Source: an uncultured Planctomycetota bacterium | Lineage (GTDB): Bacteria; Planctomycetota; Planctomycetia; Isosphaerales; Isosphaeraceae | DNA: 64,000 nt | Assembly: GCA_963823665.1 (NCBI GenBank) | Contig: CAWGMQ010000010.1 | Location: 2,592,001-2,656,000 of the forward strand | Direction of reading: 5' to 3' | Part shown: one piece after another, positions 10,826-21,967 of the stretch | Layout of the letters: each line of letters starts with the position of its first letter | Position numbering within the stretch: the stretch's first letter is position 1 | Translations under genes and position numbers: made by a program | Notes under the pieces: model-generated | What the model was told of the DNA's origin: nothing | The model's input: the letters and a program-made list of their open reading frames with translations, nothing else | The model's database searches: none

Positions 10826-11440
10826 TCATGGCTCAGAACCGGCGATCGGATCGGGAATTGGCGCCGTGACCGGCGCACGGGCGAGCCGCCGCGACAACAT
10901 TCCGCCGAGCCACGCCAGAAGCAACGCGATGAACGTATGGCCGATCTTGACGAAGTTCTCCGGCGTTCCGCCCCACCAGTTCAACCGCTTGCCGGTGGTG
11001 GCATTCCAGAGCTGGACCGATCCGTTCTTCATTGTCGCGAACTGGGTGCCGGTGGGACTGAGCGCGATCGTCCCGTTCTGCAGGTTGACTGGCGAGGACG
11101 GGGTTGTCGTGACCGTGAGCACGATGTTCTGCGACGATTGTCCCGGCAGCCTCGAGTAAACGTAGCTCAGCGCCTGCGACGTGATCAGCCGGGTTTCAAT
11201 CGGCCCAATCAACGTGAGTGACAGATACACGAAGCCGAACAACGCGAATCCCAGCCAGAACGCTCGCCGCGCCCCCTCACGGTGAATCGCCAGGAGTACG
11301 GCCGACAGGAACACGAGCACCAGAAGCGTGAACGTGCCCTTCTCCCACCACTCGTTCGATTCCTTGAATGCCGCGAACGCGACGCCGCAGATCAGAATGA
11401 ACCCGATCAAGCTCGCGATGCTGAATCGAAATCGCTTCAT
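10826..11440 (-). CDS. Planctomycete membrane protein containing a single WD40-like repeat
   Basis: MKRFRFSIASL N-terminus, 3-4 TM helices, and an ALSPTGTQFAT..NGSVQLWNATTGK repeat. Confidence 0.75.
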   Translation of the reverse strand: MKRFRFSIASLIGFILICGVAFAAFKESNEWWEKGTFTLLVLVFLSAVLLAIHREGARRAFWLGFALFGFVYLSLTLIGPIETRLITSQALSYVYSRLPGQSSQNIVLTVTTTPSSPVNLQNGTIALSPTGTQFATMKNGSVQLWNATTGKRLNWWGGTPENFVKIGHTFIALLLAWLGGMLSRRLARAPVTAPIPDPIAGSEP

Positions 11441-11449
11441 GATGAGTGC

Positions 11450-11866
11450 CTAGCCCCCAAGATTCGCCGGGCCAAACGCAATCGGCAATAGCGCATCGAG
11501 CGGCGTCTCGAGTATGCCCGCGCCGTTGCAGATGGAGATCACTTCGGCATGCGGGCCGAATTCGTTCAACACCTGCCGGCAGGCACCGCACGGGGCAGTG
11601 GGGCTCTCCGTCGGCGTGAAGACCACCACCGCACGAATCGCGAGCGGACCGGCCGCGCCCGCCACGGCGTTGAAAACCGCATTCCGCTCGGCGCAGATCG
11701 TCAATCCGTACGACGCGTTTTCGACGTTGCAGCCCGCGAAGATCTCGCCTTGGCCAGTGAGCACCGCGGCGCCGACCGAGAACCGACTGTACGGGCAATA
11801 CGCTCGCGAAGCGGCCAAGCGGGCCGCGGATTGAAGCGATGCATACTCATCCGCAGAGATATTCAT
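11450..11866 (-). CDS. cdd: Cytidine deaminase (homotetrameric type)
   Basis: AYCPYSRFSVGAA, GCNVENASYGLTICAERNA, PCGACRQVLNEF. Confidence 0.95.
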   Translation of the reverse strand: MNISADEYASLQSAARLAASRAYCPYSRFSVGAAVLTGQGEIFAGCNVENASYGLTICAERNAVFNAVAGAAGPLAIRAVVVFTPTESPTAPCGACRQVLNEFGPHAEVISICNGAGILETPLDALLPIAFGPANLGG

Positions 11867-11892
11867 TTTTTCCTCACCAACAGCCGTCCGGG

Positions 11893-13678
11893 TCACCCGC
11901 CGGCTTGTTGCTCGGCCGGTTGACTTTTCAACAGCTCGTCCACCCCCAGGCGATCGCAGAAATCTCCGAACGATTCACCCGGATTGCGTTCCTCCTTGAA
12001 CCGCGCGAGCACGGGCACCAGCTCGGCCACCACCTGGTCGTACGGCACGTAGTCCTTAAATTCGATGTTCAGCCGGTCGCCAACGGTCCTGCCGCCCAGG
12101 AAGATCGTGTAGGTGCCCGGGCCCGGTGTCCCGTCTTCGCGCACGTGCGCCGATCGCCCGACCAGGCCGATGTCCGAGTTGTAGGGGCGGGCACAGCCGT
12201 TCGGGCAGCCCGTCATGCGGACGGTGAACCGCTCTTCGGCCAGCCCCAGCCGGTCGAGCTCGCGCTCGAGCTGATCGAGCAGGGCGGGCAAGGCCCGCTC
12301 GGCTTCGGTCACCGCCAGTCCGCAGGTGGGCAGGGCAGGGCAGGCCATCGACCATCGCCGCACGGTCGAGATCGACTCGACCGCGGCGATTCCATAAGAT
12401 TCGAGCCAGCCCTCGACCTCGGAGCGGCTCGATGGCTCGATGTCGGCCAGCAGGATCGATTGCTGGCAGGTGAGCCGTGCCGGGGTCTTGTACTTCTGGA
12501 AGAAGGCACGCAGGCCGCTCGCAAGCCGGTAGCCGTCCACGTCGCGGATACGCCCGTTCTCGACCGGGATGCCCAGAAAAAGCTTGCCGTCGCCCTGAGC
12601 GTGCCAGCCCAGATGATCGTCGACCTCGCGAACCGTGACCGGCAAGGGATCAGCCAGCGTGCGCCCCAGATATTCCTCGACCTTCGAGCGGAAGGCCGGC
12701 AAGCCCCAGTCGTGGATGATGTACTTGAGCCGCGCCCGCTTGCGGTCGGACCGGTTGCCGAAATCGCGGAAGACCTTGAGGACTGCCTCGCCGATGCGCA
12801 GGACGTCGTCCCGTAGGACGTAGCACAGCGGCACGGCCAGGAACGGAAACGTCTTCTGCGCGCTCGGGGTTGTGCCCAGGCCGCCGCCGACCAGCACGTT
12901 GTAGCCGACGAGCGTGCCCCCGCTTCACGATCGCCAGGAACCCGAGATCATTCGCATGAATATCCGTGCAATTGTCTTCCGGCAAGGCGAATGCCGTCTT
13001 GAACTTGCGGGGAAGATAGGTCTTGCCGTAGAGCGGCTCGACGGAATCGTCGCCGGAGGTCGCTTACGAGCGGAGGCTCAGGCGGCGGCAGCGATTCGAT
13101 CTTTTCACCGTCGACCCAGATATCCCAGTACGCGGTCGAGCGAGGGGCGCAGTGCCCGGCCCAGCGCAGGGCGTCGGACTGAAGGTCACGCATGCAACTC
13201 GCCGTTGATCGGGGCCGGGCAGCAGAGCACGTTCCGCTCGACGTCGCCGCAGGCGGCGAGGGTCGAGAGCAGGCATTCGTTGATGCGCTTGATCGTCGTT
13301 TTCAAGTCGTGCTTGAGCACGCCGTGAAGCTGAAACTCCTGACGGGTCGTGATTCGCAGGCTGCCGTTGCCGATCGTTCTGCGCCGCCAGGTCGCAAGCC
13401 AGATACTGGCCCGCGGTGAGCTTTCCGCCCACGATCCGCACCCGCACCATGAACTGGTAGGCGTGTTCCTTGCCTTCCTTCTTCAGGGCACGGCGCAGGT
13501 CGCGATCATCCTGCTGGTAGGAGCCGTGGAACTTGAGGATCGATGCGGCGTCTTCGGTGAAGTGCGTCCGGCCGTTGTCGAGCTCGTCGGCCACGAAGGT
13601 CTTCAGATACTCGCTCGCTAGCTTGGTCAGCTCGACCTTGCTCGGCTTGGCGCCGGCCGGTTTGTTGGTGGACTCCAT
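11893..13678 (-). CDS. Assimilatory sulfite/nitrite reductase hemoprotein subunit (CysI/Sir-like), split by several frameshifts
   Basis: [50 protein letters not shown] and [13 protein letters not shown] siroheme/4Fe-4S motifs across ORFs 13064..13678, 12948..13193, 12650..12985 and 11893..12897. Confidence 0.9.
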
Positions 13679-13762
13679 CTCTCGGTGCTTTCTTCTCCGC
13701 TTTCGTCAAGACGCCTGCGAGCGCAGGAACGCCTGGATCGATCGCTCACGGGCCTGGCTTGA

Positions 13763-14831
13763 TCATCCTTGAGCGCCGGCGGGAGCGGGAATCTCGATCT
13801 GCTGGTCGAGAATGGCGCCATCCTTGTTCACGGCGTCGCTCTTCTTCTTCTGTGCGCTGTACTCGAGCTGACGATCGAGGTGTTTGACGAGCAGCTCCGT
13901 GTCGTCGGCCACGTTGGCGTTGGCGGGAGCCTGAAACACAAATTCATCGTTGCGGATCGGGCCATTCAGCTTGACGTCGAAGTATCTGAGCACGATCTTG
14001 CTGCGGGGAATCTTCTCCATCGAGGCCTTCGAGCCGATCGGCCGGCCGTCCGGACCGAGCCGGCGCGTCTCCTGCAAAGCCGACGAAGCGCGCCCTTCCA
14101 GGGTCAAGTAATACGGCCACCCGTCGTCGATGCCGAGATAGAGGTTTGCGTCCATCGGGATGTAGGGGGGCAGCATCCCGATGGGATTGACCTGTCGCGA
14201 GTCGAACATGCAGCCCCTGGCGGGTCCGCCACGTTCCGTGGATTTTCCAGACCTTCTTGCCTTCGAAGACGATCGCTTCCTTGATGTCGAAGCGGATGTT
14301 TCTGCGCAGCCCGATCAGCAGGGTTTCCGGCCCCGCCATGCCCAATTGGGTCTTGACCTTCATTCGATCTTCCGGTCCGAGGTCGGGCGAATCGAGCCGC
14401 TCGAGAATCCCCTTGATCGCCCACCGGCGATAGAGCGGCTGGTCGAGCACGATTTGACAATCCCAGAGCGTTTCACCGTCGCAGACCTGGTAGAACCGGC
14501 CGCTCGAATCGGCCAGCCCGTGCGCGAGATCGAGCAGCATCGAGATTCGATTGTTGGGTGCCTTCTTGAATTCGCCAGTGATCTTGAACTTCTGATTGAG
14601 CATCTCGACGTCTTGTTCAAGTTTCGCCTCGACCGAGACGAGCTTGGTGATCTTTTCGATCGCAAGGTCAATCGTGCGCTCGGCTTCTGTCGGCGGCTCT
14701 TCCGCAGCCGCGTCAGGCGCCTTTGGAGCGGCATCTGCTGCCGGCTGCGGAACTTGCTGCGCATCCGACCGCGAGAAGCCGGTCAACATGGCCGCTATTG
14801 CTAAAGCAAGCAAAAGAGAGCGAATAGGCAT
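13763..14831 (-). CDS. LolA-like exported protein (frameshift near 14215)
   Basis: Signal peptide, QVCDGETLW and F.FQAPANANVAD LolA-fold-like motifs; ORFs 13944..14867 and 13763..14209. Confidence 0.65.
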
Positions 14832-15229
14832 GGTCCGGTTATTGAGCATAATTGGGATGTCGGGCAATTCCTCAAGGGATTGGAAAGCAAAGCCCGATCA
14901 TAATCGCTAGGCGTCTGGAGACGCAAGTCCGGCAACTGGTTCGGAAACCGCGAAAATCGCTCTTCGGCTTCGATTTTACGAGAAGTAGCGTATCGTTTAA
15001 GATGCGCCAGGAACCATCGAGACTGGAAGAGTTTATCGGTCAGGCGGACGGATTGGTTGAGTCGACCTTGGTTTTGGAGGTCGAACAGGCGGGATCGAAG
15101 GAACTCGACGGCGGCCAAACTCACTGGCCGCGATGGCACGCAGGAAGCAATAACATCTCCCGGATCGGCGGATCGGTGCGCGCGAGGCATCGGGCCGGCC
15201 GGCTTCGTCCGAGGGAGCTGGAGGATATT

Positions 15230-16255
15230 ATGCAAGCGATCGGAGTGCTGCTCTTGGCGGCAGCGACCGCCGGCGACGGATTCGGCTACTCGGCCCCTGG
15301 CGTGGGCCTCAAGAAATGGCTGCGCCCGCACGCGGAGGTAACAGCCGACGCCACCGGCGCCCCGCCGTACACGGCGGCGTCTGTGGCCGGTCGTGGCACC
15401 GGGCCCGCGAGCGGCCGGCGGTTCACCGTCACCAAGAGCCAGATCCATTTCCTTGACACCGACCACTCAGGCCCCGGCCACATGCAAATCGGCTGGCAGA
15501 CCTCCGGCGGCAATGGCGAACGGATCTACCCGCCCCCACAGCTCGTCGTGCCCGCTCGCTACAACTTCAATCAAGGGCTATATCTACCGGCTGAAGATGA
15601 CCAACATTCCCGGCCGGGCGAATCGGTCGCTCTATCCGTCGATCGAGGTCGCTCCGACCACCCCGGTGACCGACGCCTACCTCGCCCATAACGCGATTCC
15701 GGTTCAGTTCACCAACGAAGACTTCGACCAGGTCATCGACGGCGGCAATTTCGTTACCAAGGTGATCTACCTTCCCGACCCCAAGTACCAGGAGCTCGCC
15801 GTCTCCGGCGTCGAGACGCTGGTTTCGACCCGGCTCGAGCCCGGCATCGATCCCATCCTCGAAGCCGACAAGCGCGGCACGATCCTGTTGATCATCCGCC
15901 TGGGTGCCATCGACCTCGAGATGCCCGGACCGGGCAGCCGTTGGCGGCACGGTTGCCGGCGCCTGAGCTGGCCCCCAACTCGCTGCCGCCTGGCGTTATG
16001 CCGGCGCAGGCACCGGCGGGGACCGTGATCCTCGACCCGACAACGCCACCGCCGCCGGCAGCCGCTCCGGCTCCGGCCCCGGCGCCATCCACGACTCCGC
16101 CGGCTCCCCAGCCCGGCGTGGTTCCGGCGGCACCTAAGCCCGCATCAGCCGACGCGGGTTCCACCGACCTAACCGTTCCCACGACGGCCCTGGCACCGAT
16201 GCCCGAGCCGCCCCCGGTGCAAGCACCCGCACCGTCGGCCCCGGGTGAGAACTGA
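15230..16255 (+). CDS. Conserved planctomycete exported protein with Pro-rich tail (frameshifted)
   Basis: ATG after GGAGGA; signal peptide; [18 protein letters not shown]...[10 protein letters not shown] domain; ORFs 14852..15691, 15393..16028 and 15941..16255. Confidence 0.7.
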
Positions 16256-16431
16256 GAAAACGACGCCACGCGGGCGTTCTTGCGCAACCGGCCGCGACTC
16301 AAATCGCGGCCAGTGCGAAAGCGCTTGCCACAGCACCCCGGCGAAATCGTGTCAGGAACACGTTTCGCCCGGGGTCTTTCCATTCGGCCGTGCCCCAAAC
16401 CGAGATCTCGTCCGAGTCAGGGAATGACGCG

Positions 16432-18286
16432 ATGAGCCGCCAAACTGGAAAATGCAGCCGGGTTGGGCCCGCATGCACTTTGGGCCGCGCGGCCGGACTG
16501 CTGCTTGCGATCGCAGCCTGGTCCGGCCCAGGCGCCGCGGCCGCGCAGGGCCCGAGCACGCCGCCAGAGCGAGGAACCGTGGTATCACAGCCGATCGGAG
16601 TCGCGCCCACGGCACCGGTGGTCCAGCCGGCTCGCCCCCGGCATCGCGGTCTCCGGCCCGGGAGAAGCCTCAAGCGACGCCGCAGCGGCGCCGCCGGGCG
16701 CTGCCGCTGCTCGAGCCCGACGTGCAGGTCGTCCGCTTCCAGGGACCGCCGGGATTGACCGTCGAAGTGCTCTCGCCGGCGCCCGAGCCAGTGCCCACCG
16801 GCGACGGCGGCGGTATCATCACCGTCGGCCTCAAGCGCGGAGTGGGTTACCGGCTCAAGGTAAGCGGCATTCCCGAACGCCCGGGCCGCGAGCTCTATCC
16901 GGTCATCGAGCTCGTCGGCCACCTGCATCGGCCCCAGGGAATCGACCCGGCCAAATACCCGATCCGCGTGGTCTTCAATCAGGATGACCTGAACGACGAC
17001 GATCGACCAGGGCCGGCTGGTGACCAAGGTCATCTACCTCGAGGATCCTGACCAGGCCATTCCATTCCACTCTGCCCAAGGACGAAGTGCCCGTCTTGAC
17101 GCTCGGCCCGACCGAGCCGCCGCTGCGGGTGGCCGCAGGCGCTGGGCACGGCCGATCGCAATCGTGCGGCTGGGCGTGCGTCAACCCACGATCGACGAGA
17201 TCCAGTCCGGCCCCGGCGGCGATGTCGGCCTCGACTGGGCCGCCAGCATCGGATCCGGGCCGTGCCCGTACCTTTCCGCCTCGGGCGGCCGGTGCGGCCT
17301 GCCCAGCGGGCCGGTCTGCACGCACCGGCCCCCAAGCCCCAGCAGCCCTCGCTGCCGCCCTCGCTGCCGCGCGACGAATACCTCTGCGACGGCGGCGACC
17401 GCGGCACGCCGGCGGCCGCCGGGATGACCGGCCGCGTGGGCGGCGTCGACCCGCGCGATACCGATCGTCGCCTTCGACATCGGCCGGAAGGGCCGCGTCG
17501 AGCCGCGGGTTCTGCCCACCAACGTCGTCTGCATTTACGCACCCCGGTTCGCCGAGGTGCGAGTGAGCACCGGGACGAATCAGACGGTCGAGATCCAGCA
17601 TACCAATACCGACAAACATCTGACCAAGTACTTACAATATGACAATCGCGCCTTGGCGAAGAAGCTGGTCCAGAACCAGGACGCACAGATCACGCGCGAT
17701 CGATCGCGGGCCATGGCCGAGCAAGGGGCGGTTCTTTGCGGACGAGAAATCGAACAACCGCGGGGTGAGTGCGTTTCGCGGCGACGCGATGACCGTCACC
17801 AATCTCCAGCACCAGAGCTCCGAGCTCGCCAGCAACCGCCAGAATCCCGGCCAGCTCAAGGAGAAGATCCGTCTAGACGGCATCAAGACCGCCGAGGGAC
17901 CGGTCATCGCCGGGATGACCGAGAGCCCGAGCGAAGCCGTGCGGGTGTGGGCGCCGCACCAGATGAACGGCGTCGAGGTCCCGCCCGATCGGCCGGGCCT
18001 GGCCGTCATCAAGCGAGTGAGCGCGGTCGAGGCCGAGCCGGGCGATACCGTCACCTACGTCATCTTCTACCGCAACATGGGCAACACGCCCATCACCAAC
18101 GTGTCGATCGCCGACAGCCTGCTGCCGCGGCTCGAATACAAGAAGGGCACGTCTCGGGGCCCCGAAGGAACCGCCTTCAGCGCCGCGATGAATCGCGTCG
18201 GCTCGACCGAGCTGCGCTGGATGCTGCCGGGGACACTCGCCCCGGGAGCCGTCGGGCACGTCTCGTTCGACGCAACCATCCGCTAG
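16432..18286 (+). CDS. DUF11-domain exported protein (multiply frameshifted)
   Basis: Signal peptide; YRLKVSGIPERPGRELYP...TKVIYLEDP domain; DEYLCDGGD; C-terminal AEPGDTVTYVIFYRNMGN..ITNVSIADSLLPRLEY DUF11 domain. Confidence 0.75.
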
Positions 18287-18311
18287 AAATTGATCAGTCG
18301 GAGGAACTGAC

Positions 18312-20257
18312 TTGGAAACCCGCACGACGAAGTGCCCGGACGTGCAGCCAACGACGCGGCCGCACCGGCTCCGCCGGCTGATTCCCATGCGCGCCGCGTC
18401 CGCCCCCGCGACGCCCGCGACCGGATTCCGCCGTTTCAAGGCGCGGGCGATCCTGGGCGTCATCGTGCTGGGATGTGTGGTCGCCGGCGTCGTGTGGAAG
18501 ATCCGTCAAGCAGCGGCGGCGCCCAGGCGCGAGCCCGGTCAGGTCGTCGCCGAATTCGCAATCCGGGACGTGCGCACCGGCCAGATCCATCGCCTGTCGG
18601 ATCATAGCGGCCGCATCCTGGTGGTCGTCTTCACCGGCACCCTCTGCCCCATCGGCGAGCTTTACCTCCCGCGCTTGAACGCCCTGGCCAGGAAATACGA
18701 AAGCCGCGGCGTCGATGTGCTGGCGATCAACTCCAACGCAAGCGAGCCCGCCGAGGACGTCGCGGAGCATGCGAGGCGCTCGGCAATCTGGTTTCCCGTG
18801 CTCAAGGATCCCCAGAATCGCGTTGCCGACCAATTAGTTGCCGAGCGCACCTGCGAAGCACTCGTGATCGACGGAAGCGGCGCCTTCGATATCGCGGCGC
18901 AATCGACGACCAGTACGCCCTGGGCTCGCGCCGGGATGCCCCGGCCCAGGAATTCCTCGCGCGAGCCATCGACGCAGTGATCGCGGGCAAGCCGGTGAGC
19001 CCGGAGATGACCCAGGTCTTCGGCTGCCCGATCGAGTGCACCCGGCCTCCGAGAAAGTCCCGCGCGACTCTCGCTGCTGCGACGTCCGCTCCGGAAGGTG
19101 CAAAGGCCGGTGACGCTGCGCAGGCAACTGCATCGACCGGACCCGCGGTGACTTATTCGGCCAACGTTGCGGCCATCCTGCACAGCCGTTGTGCAATCTG
19201 CCACCGGCCGGGCCAGGTTGCCCCGTTTTCTCTGCTCACCTACGACCACGCGCGCCGCTGGTCGACATCGATCGCCGAGGTCCTCGGCGATGGGCGTATG
19301 CCGCCCTGGCATGCCGATCCGCGCTACGGCCACTTTTCCAACGACCGCCGCCTCTCGGACCAGGAACGCTCCCGGCTCCTCGCCTGGGTGGAACAAGGCT
19401 CACCCCCCGGAGACCTCTCTCGGGCACCCGTGCCGCCCAAATTCCCCCAGGGCTGGTCGATCGGTACTCCGGATCTGGTGTTCGAGGCGCCCGAGGTCTT
19501 CAAGGTTCCCGCGGAAGGCACCCTGCCTCTCATGAAATTCCAGATCGCCGCCAACGTGAAGCAGGATCTCTGGATCCAGGCGATCGAGGCGCAGCCGAGC
19601 GATCGAGCGGTTGTCCACCATATCATTGTATTTAGTCGCGTACATGATAAATCGAATCCGAAGCAGCACAAGAAGATCTTTCTGGCGGCTTACCTGCCTG
19701 GCGATGTGCCCCAGGTTTATCCGCCCGGAGTGGCCAAGAGAATACCGGCCGGCTCAAACCTGGAGTTCGAGCTGCACTACACTCCGATCGGCAGAGTGCG
19801 ATTCGACCGGCCGTCGGTCGGTGTGATCCTCTCCAAAGAGCCACCTCGCCATGTGGCCGTGACGCGCGGCATCGCCCAGCACAACCTGCGGATTCCCCCG
19901 GGAGCTACCGATCACGTGGAACGCGCTGACTGGACGCTCAAGCACGATAGCCATCTCCTCTCCTTCTCGCCGCACATGCACCTTCGCGGTAAGAGCTTCC
20001 GCTACGAGGCCCATTACCCTGACGGACGAGTCGAGGTCCTCTTGTCCGTACCCAGCTACGACTTCAACTGGCAGAGCGTCTACAGGCTCGTCGAGCCGAA
20101 GGCACTACCCAAGGGGACCAGAATCCACTGCGAGGCGCATTACGATAATTCCTCGGCGAATCTCGCCAACCCGGATCCAACTCGTGAGGTGCTTTGGGGC
20201 GAACAAAGCTGGGACGAAATGCTGATGGGATACCTGGACTACTACGAAGACGCCTGA
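18312..20257 (+). CDS. Redoxin + cytochrome c (CxxCH) + copper type II monooxygenase-like fusion (frameshift near 18885)
   Basis: VVVFTGTLCP redoxin domain; CAICH heme motif; VVHHII, PHMHLRGK and DEM copper-ligand motifs. Confidence 0.85.
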
Positions 20258-20349
20258 GCACCAATTGTTGAATAATCCTCCAACTCAGGCTAAGCTACCA
20301 TTGCGTGATTGGATCAGAACGGGTCGCCTCGAGGTGGGAGGGGCGCCGG

Positions 20350-21865
20350 ATGCTGCGAGTGCTGGGCGGGCCCAAACGATTTTGCGACGGAATCACGCGC
20401 CGCGAGCTCCTTCAAGTTGGCTCACTGGCCGCCGCCGGGCTTCCTCTGCTGCCATTTGTCCCGGCAGTACAAGGCCGGACGACTGTGCCCGGGCCTTCGG
20501 CAAGCCTGCCCGGCTTCGGGCGGGCGAAGGCATGCATCCTCCTGTTCATGTACGGCTCGCCGAGTCAGCTCGAGACATTTGACCCCAAGCCCGACGCTCC
20601 GCTCGAGATCCGCGGCGAATTCGGCTGCATCCCGTCCAGCGTCGCCGGCTTGAACGTTTGTGACCGGCTGCCCAGGCTGGCCCAGGTGATGGACAAGATC
20701 AGCCTGATCCGCTCGGTCACGCATCCGTATCCGATCCATGGCGTGGCCTATGCCACCACGCGGAATCCCGCGGATCGAGATCCCGATGGAGCTCAATCCG
20801 CGCGACCCAGCCCACTGGCCGTTCATCGGGTCGGTCGTCGATCATGTCGACGGCAAGCGGCGGCCGGCTCTGGCCGAAGGGCGCCCGACCGTTCCCGGCA
20901 ACGTCGTGCTTCCCTGGGCATTCAGCAGTCGCCGGATCGGCGAGGTCGCCCGCGCCGGGCCCTACGCCGGATTTCTCGGGCAGGCATTCGACCCGGTTTG
21001 CACCGAGTTCGTGGGCAAGGGCACGAAGACGGCGAAAAAGACTCTCTTGGCCAACGTCTGGGAGGATCTGGAGCCTTATCGCGGCATCACGCCGGAAAGC
21101 CGGTTCCAGTTGAGCGCCGTAACCCAGCTCGAAGCCGACCTCACGCTCGACCGCCTCAACACGCGTGCGACCCTGCTCGAGCAGCTCGAGCAGCTTCGCC
21201 GCCAGCTCGATCAGTGTAAACGCACTCAGGTCCTTCGCCACCGCTCGATGGCTTTCGACCTGCTCCGCTCCGGTGAGCTTCGGCGTGCGTTCGACCTGGG
21301 CGAAGAATCCGACGAAACCCGCGGCCTCTACGGCATGACCCTGTTCGGTCAAGCCGCCCTCACCGCCCGCCGCCTGGTCGAGTCCGGCGGCCGGTTCGTG
21401 ACCGTGTTCTGGGACGAATACGGCCTGGCCGGAACCGGGTGGGATACGCACGTGGATCATTTCCCGCGGATGAAAGACGAGCTGCTGCCCGGCCTTGACC
21501 TGACTCTCTCCGGCCTCCTGGTCGATCTCGACCGCCGCGGCTTGCTCGACGAGACACTGGTGGTGCTGCTTTCCGAGCACGGGCGCACGCCCAAGCTTCA
21601 GTCGGTGCAGGGGGGTGGCCGCGACCACTGGTCAAGGTGCTACTCGGTCGTGATGGCCGGCGGCGGCATCGCTCGCGGCCAGGTCGTCGGCCGATCCGAC
21701 AAGATCGCCAGCGACCCGCTCGAGCGGGCGGTCTCACCCAAAGACATCCTCGCCACCATCTATCACCTTCTGGGTATCGACCCGACCGCCACCATCACCG
21801 ATGTTCAGGGAAGGCCGATGGTGATCGCACCAGACGCCGAGGTGATTCGCGAAGTGCTTGCGTGA
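20350..21865 (+). CDS. DUF1501 domain protein (frameshift near 20765)
   Basis: CDGITRRELLQVG, GSPSQLETFDPKP, ARRLVESG.RFV, WDTH, SEHGRTP, GRDHW. Confidence 0.9.
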
Positions 21866-21967
21866 AACACGGTCGCGACGGCTGAAGCGAAACTCTGGCC
21901 CCCTCGCCCGCCGGGAGAGGGCCGGGCGGGCGAAGCGCGCACCCCCCCAGTTCCATGAACCACGCCG

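Noticed and set aside
14870..15229. Riboswitch or ncRNA in the divergent intergenic region
   Set aside because: No recognisable aptamer consensus by eye; an Rfam scan would be needed.
21897..21930. CCCTCGCCC-GCC-GGGAGAGGG palindrome after DUF1501
   Set aside because: Resembles a common dispersed palindromic repeat; single degenerate copy here with no specific inference possible.
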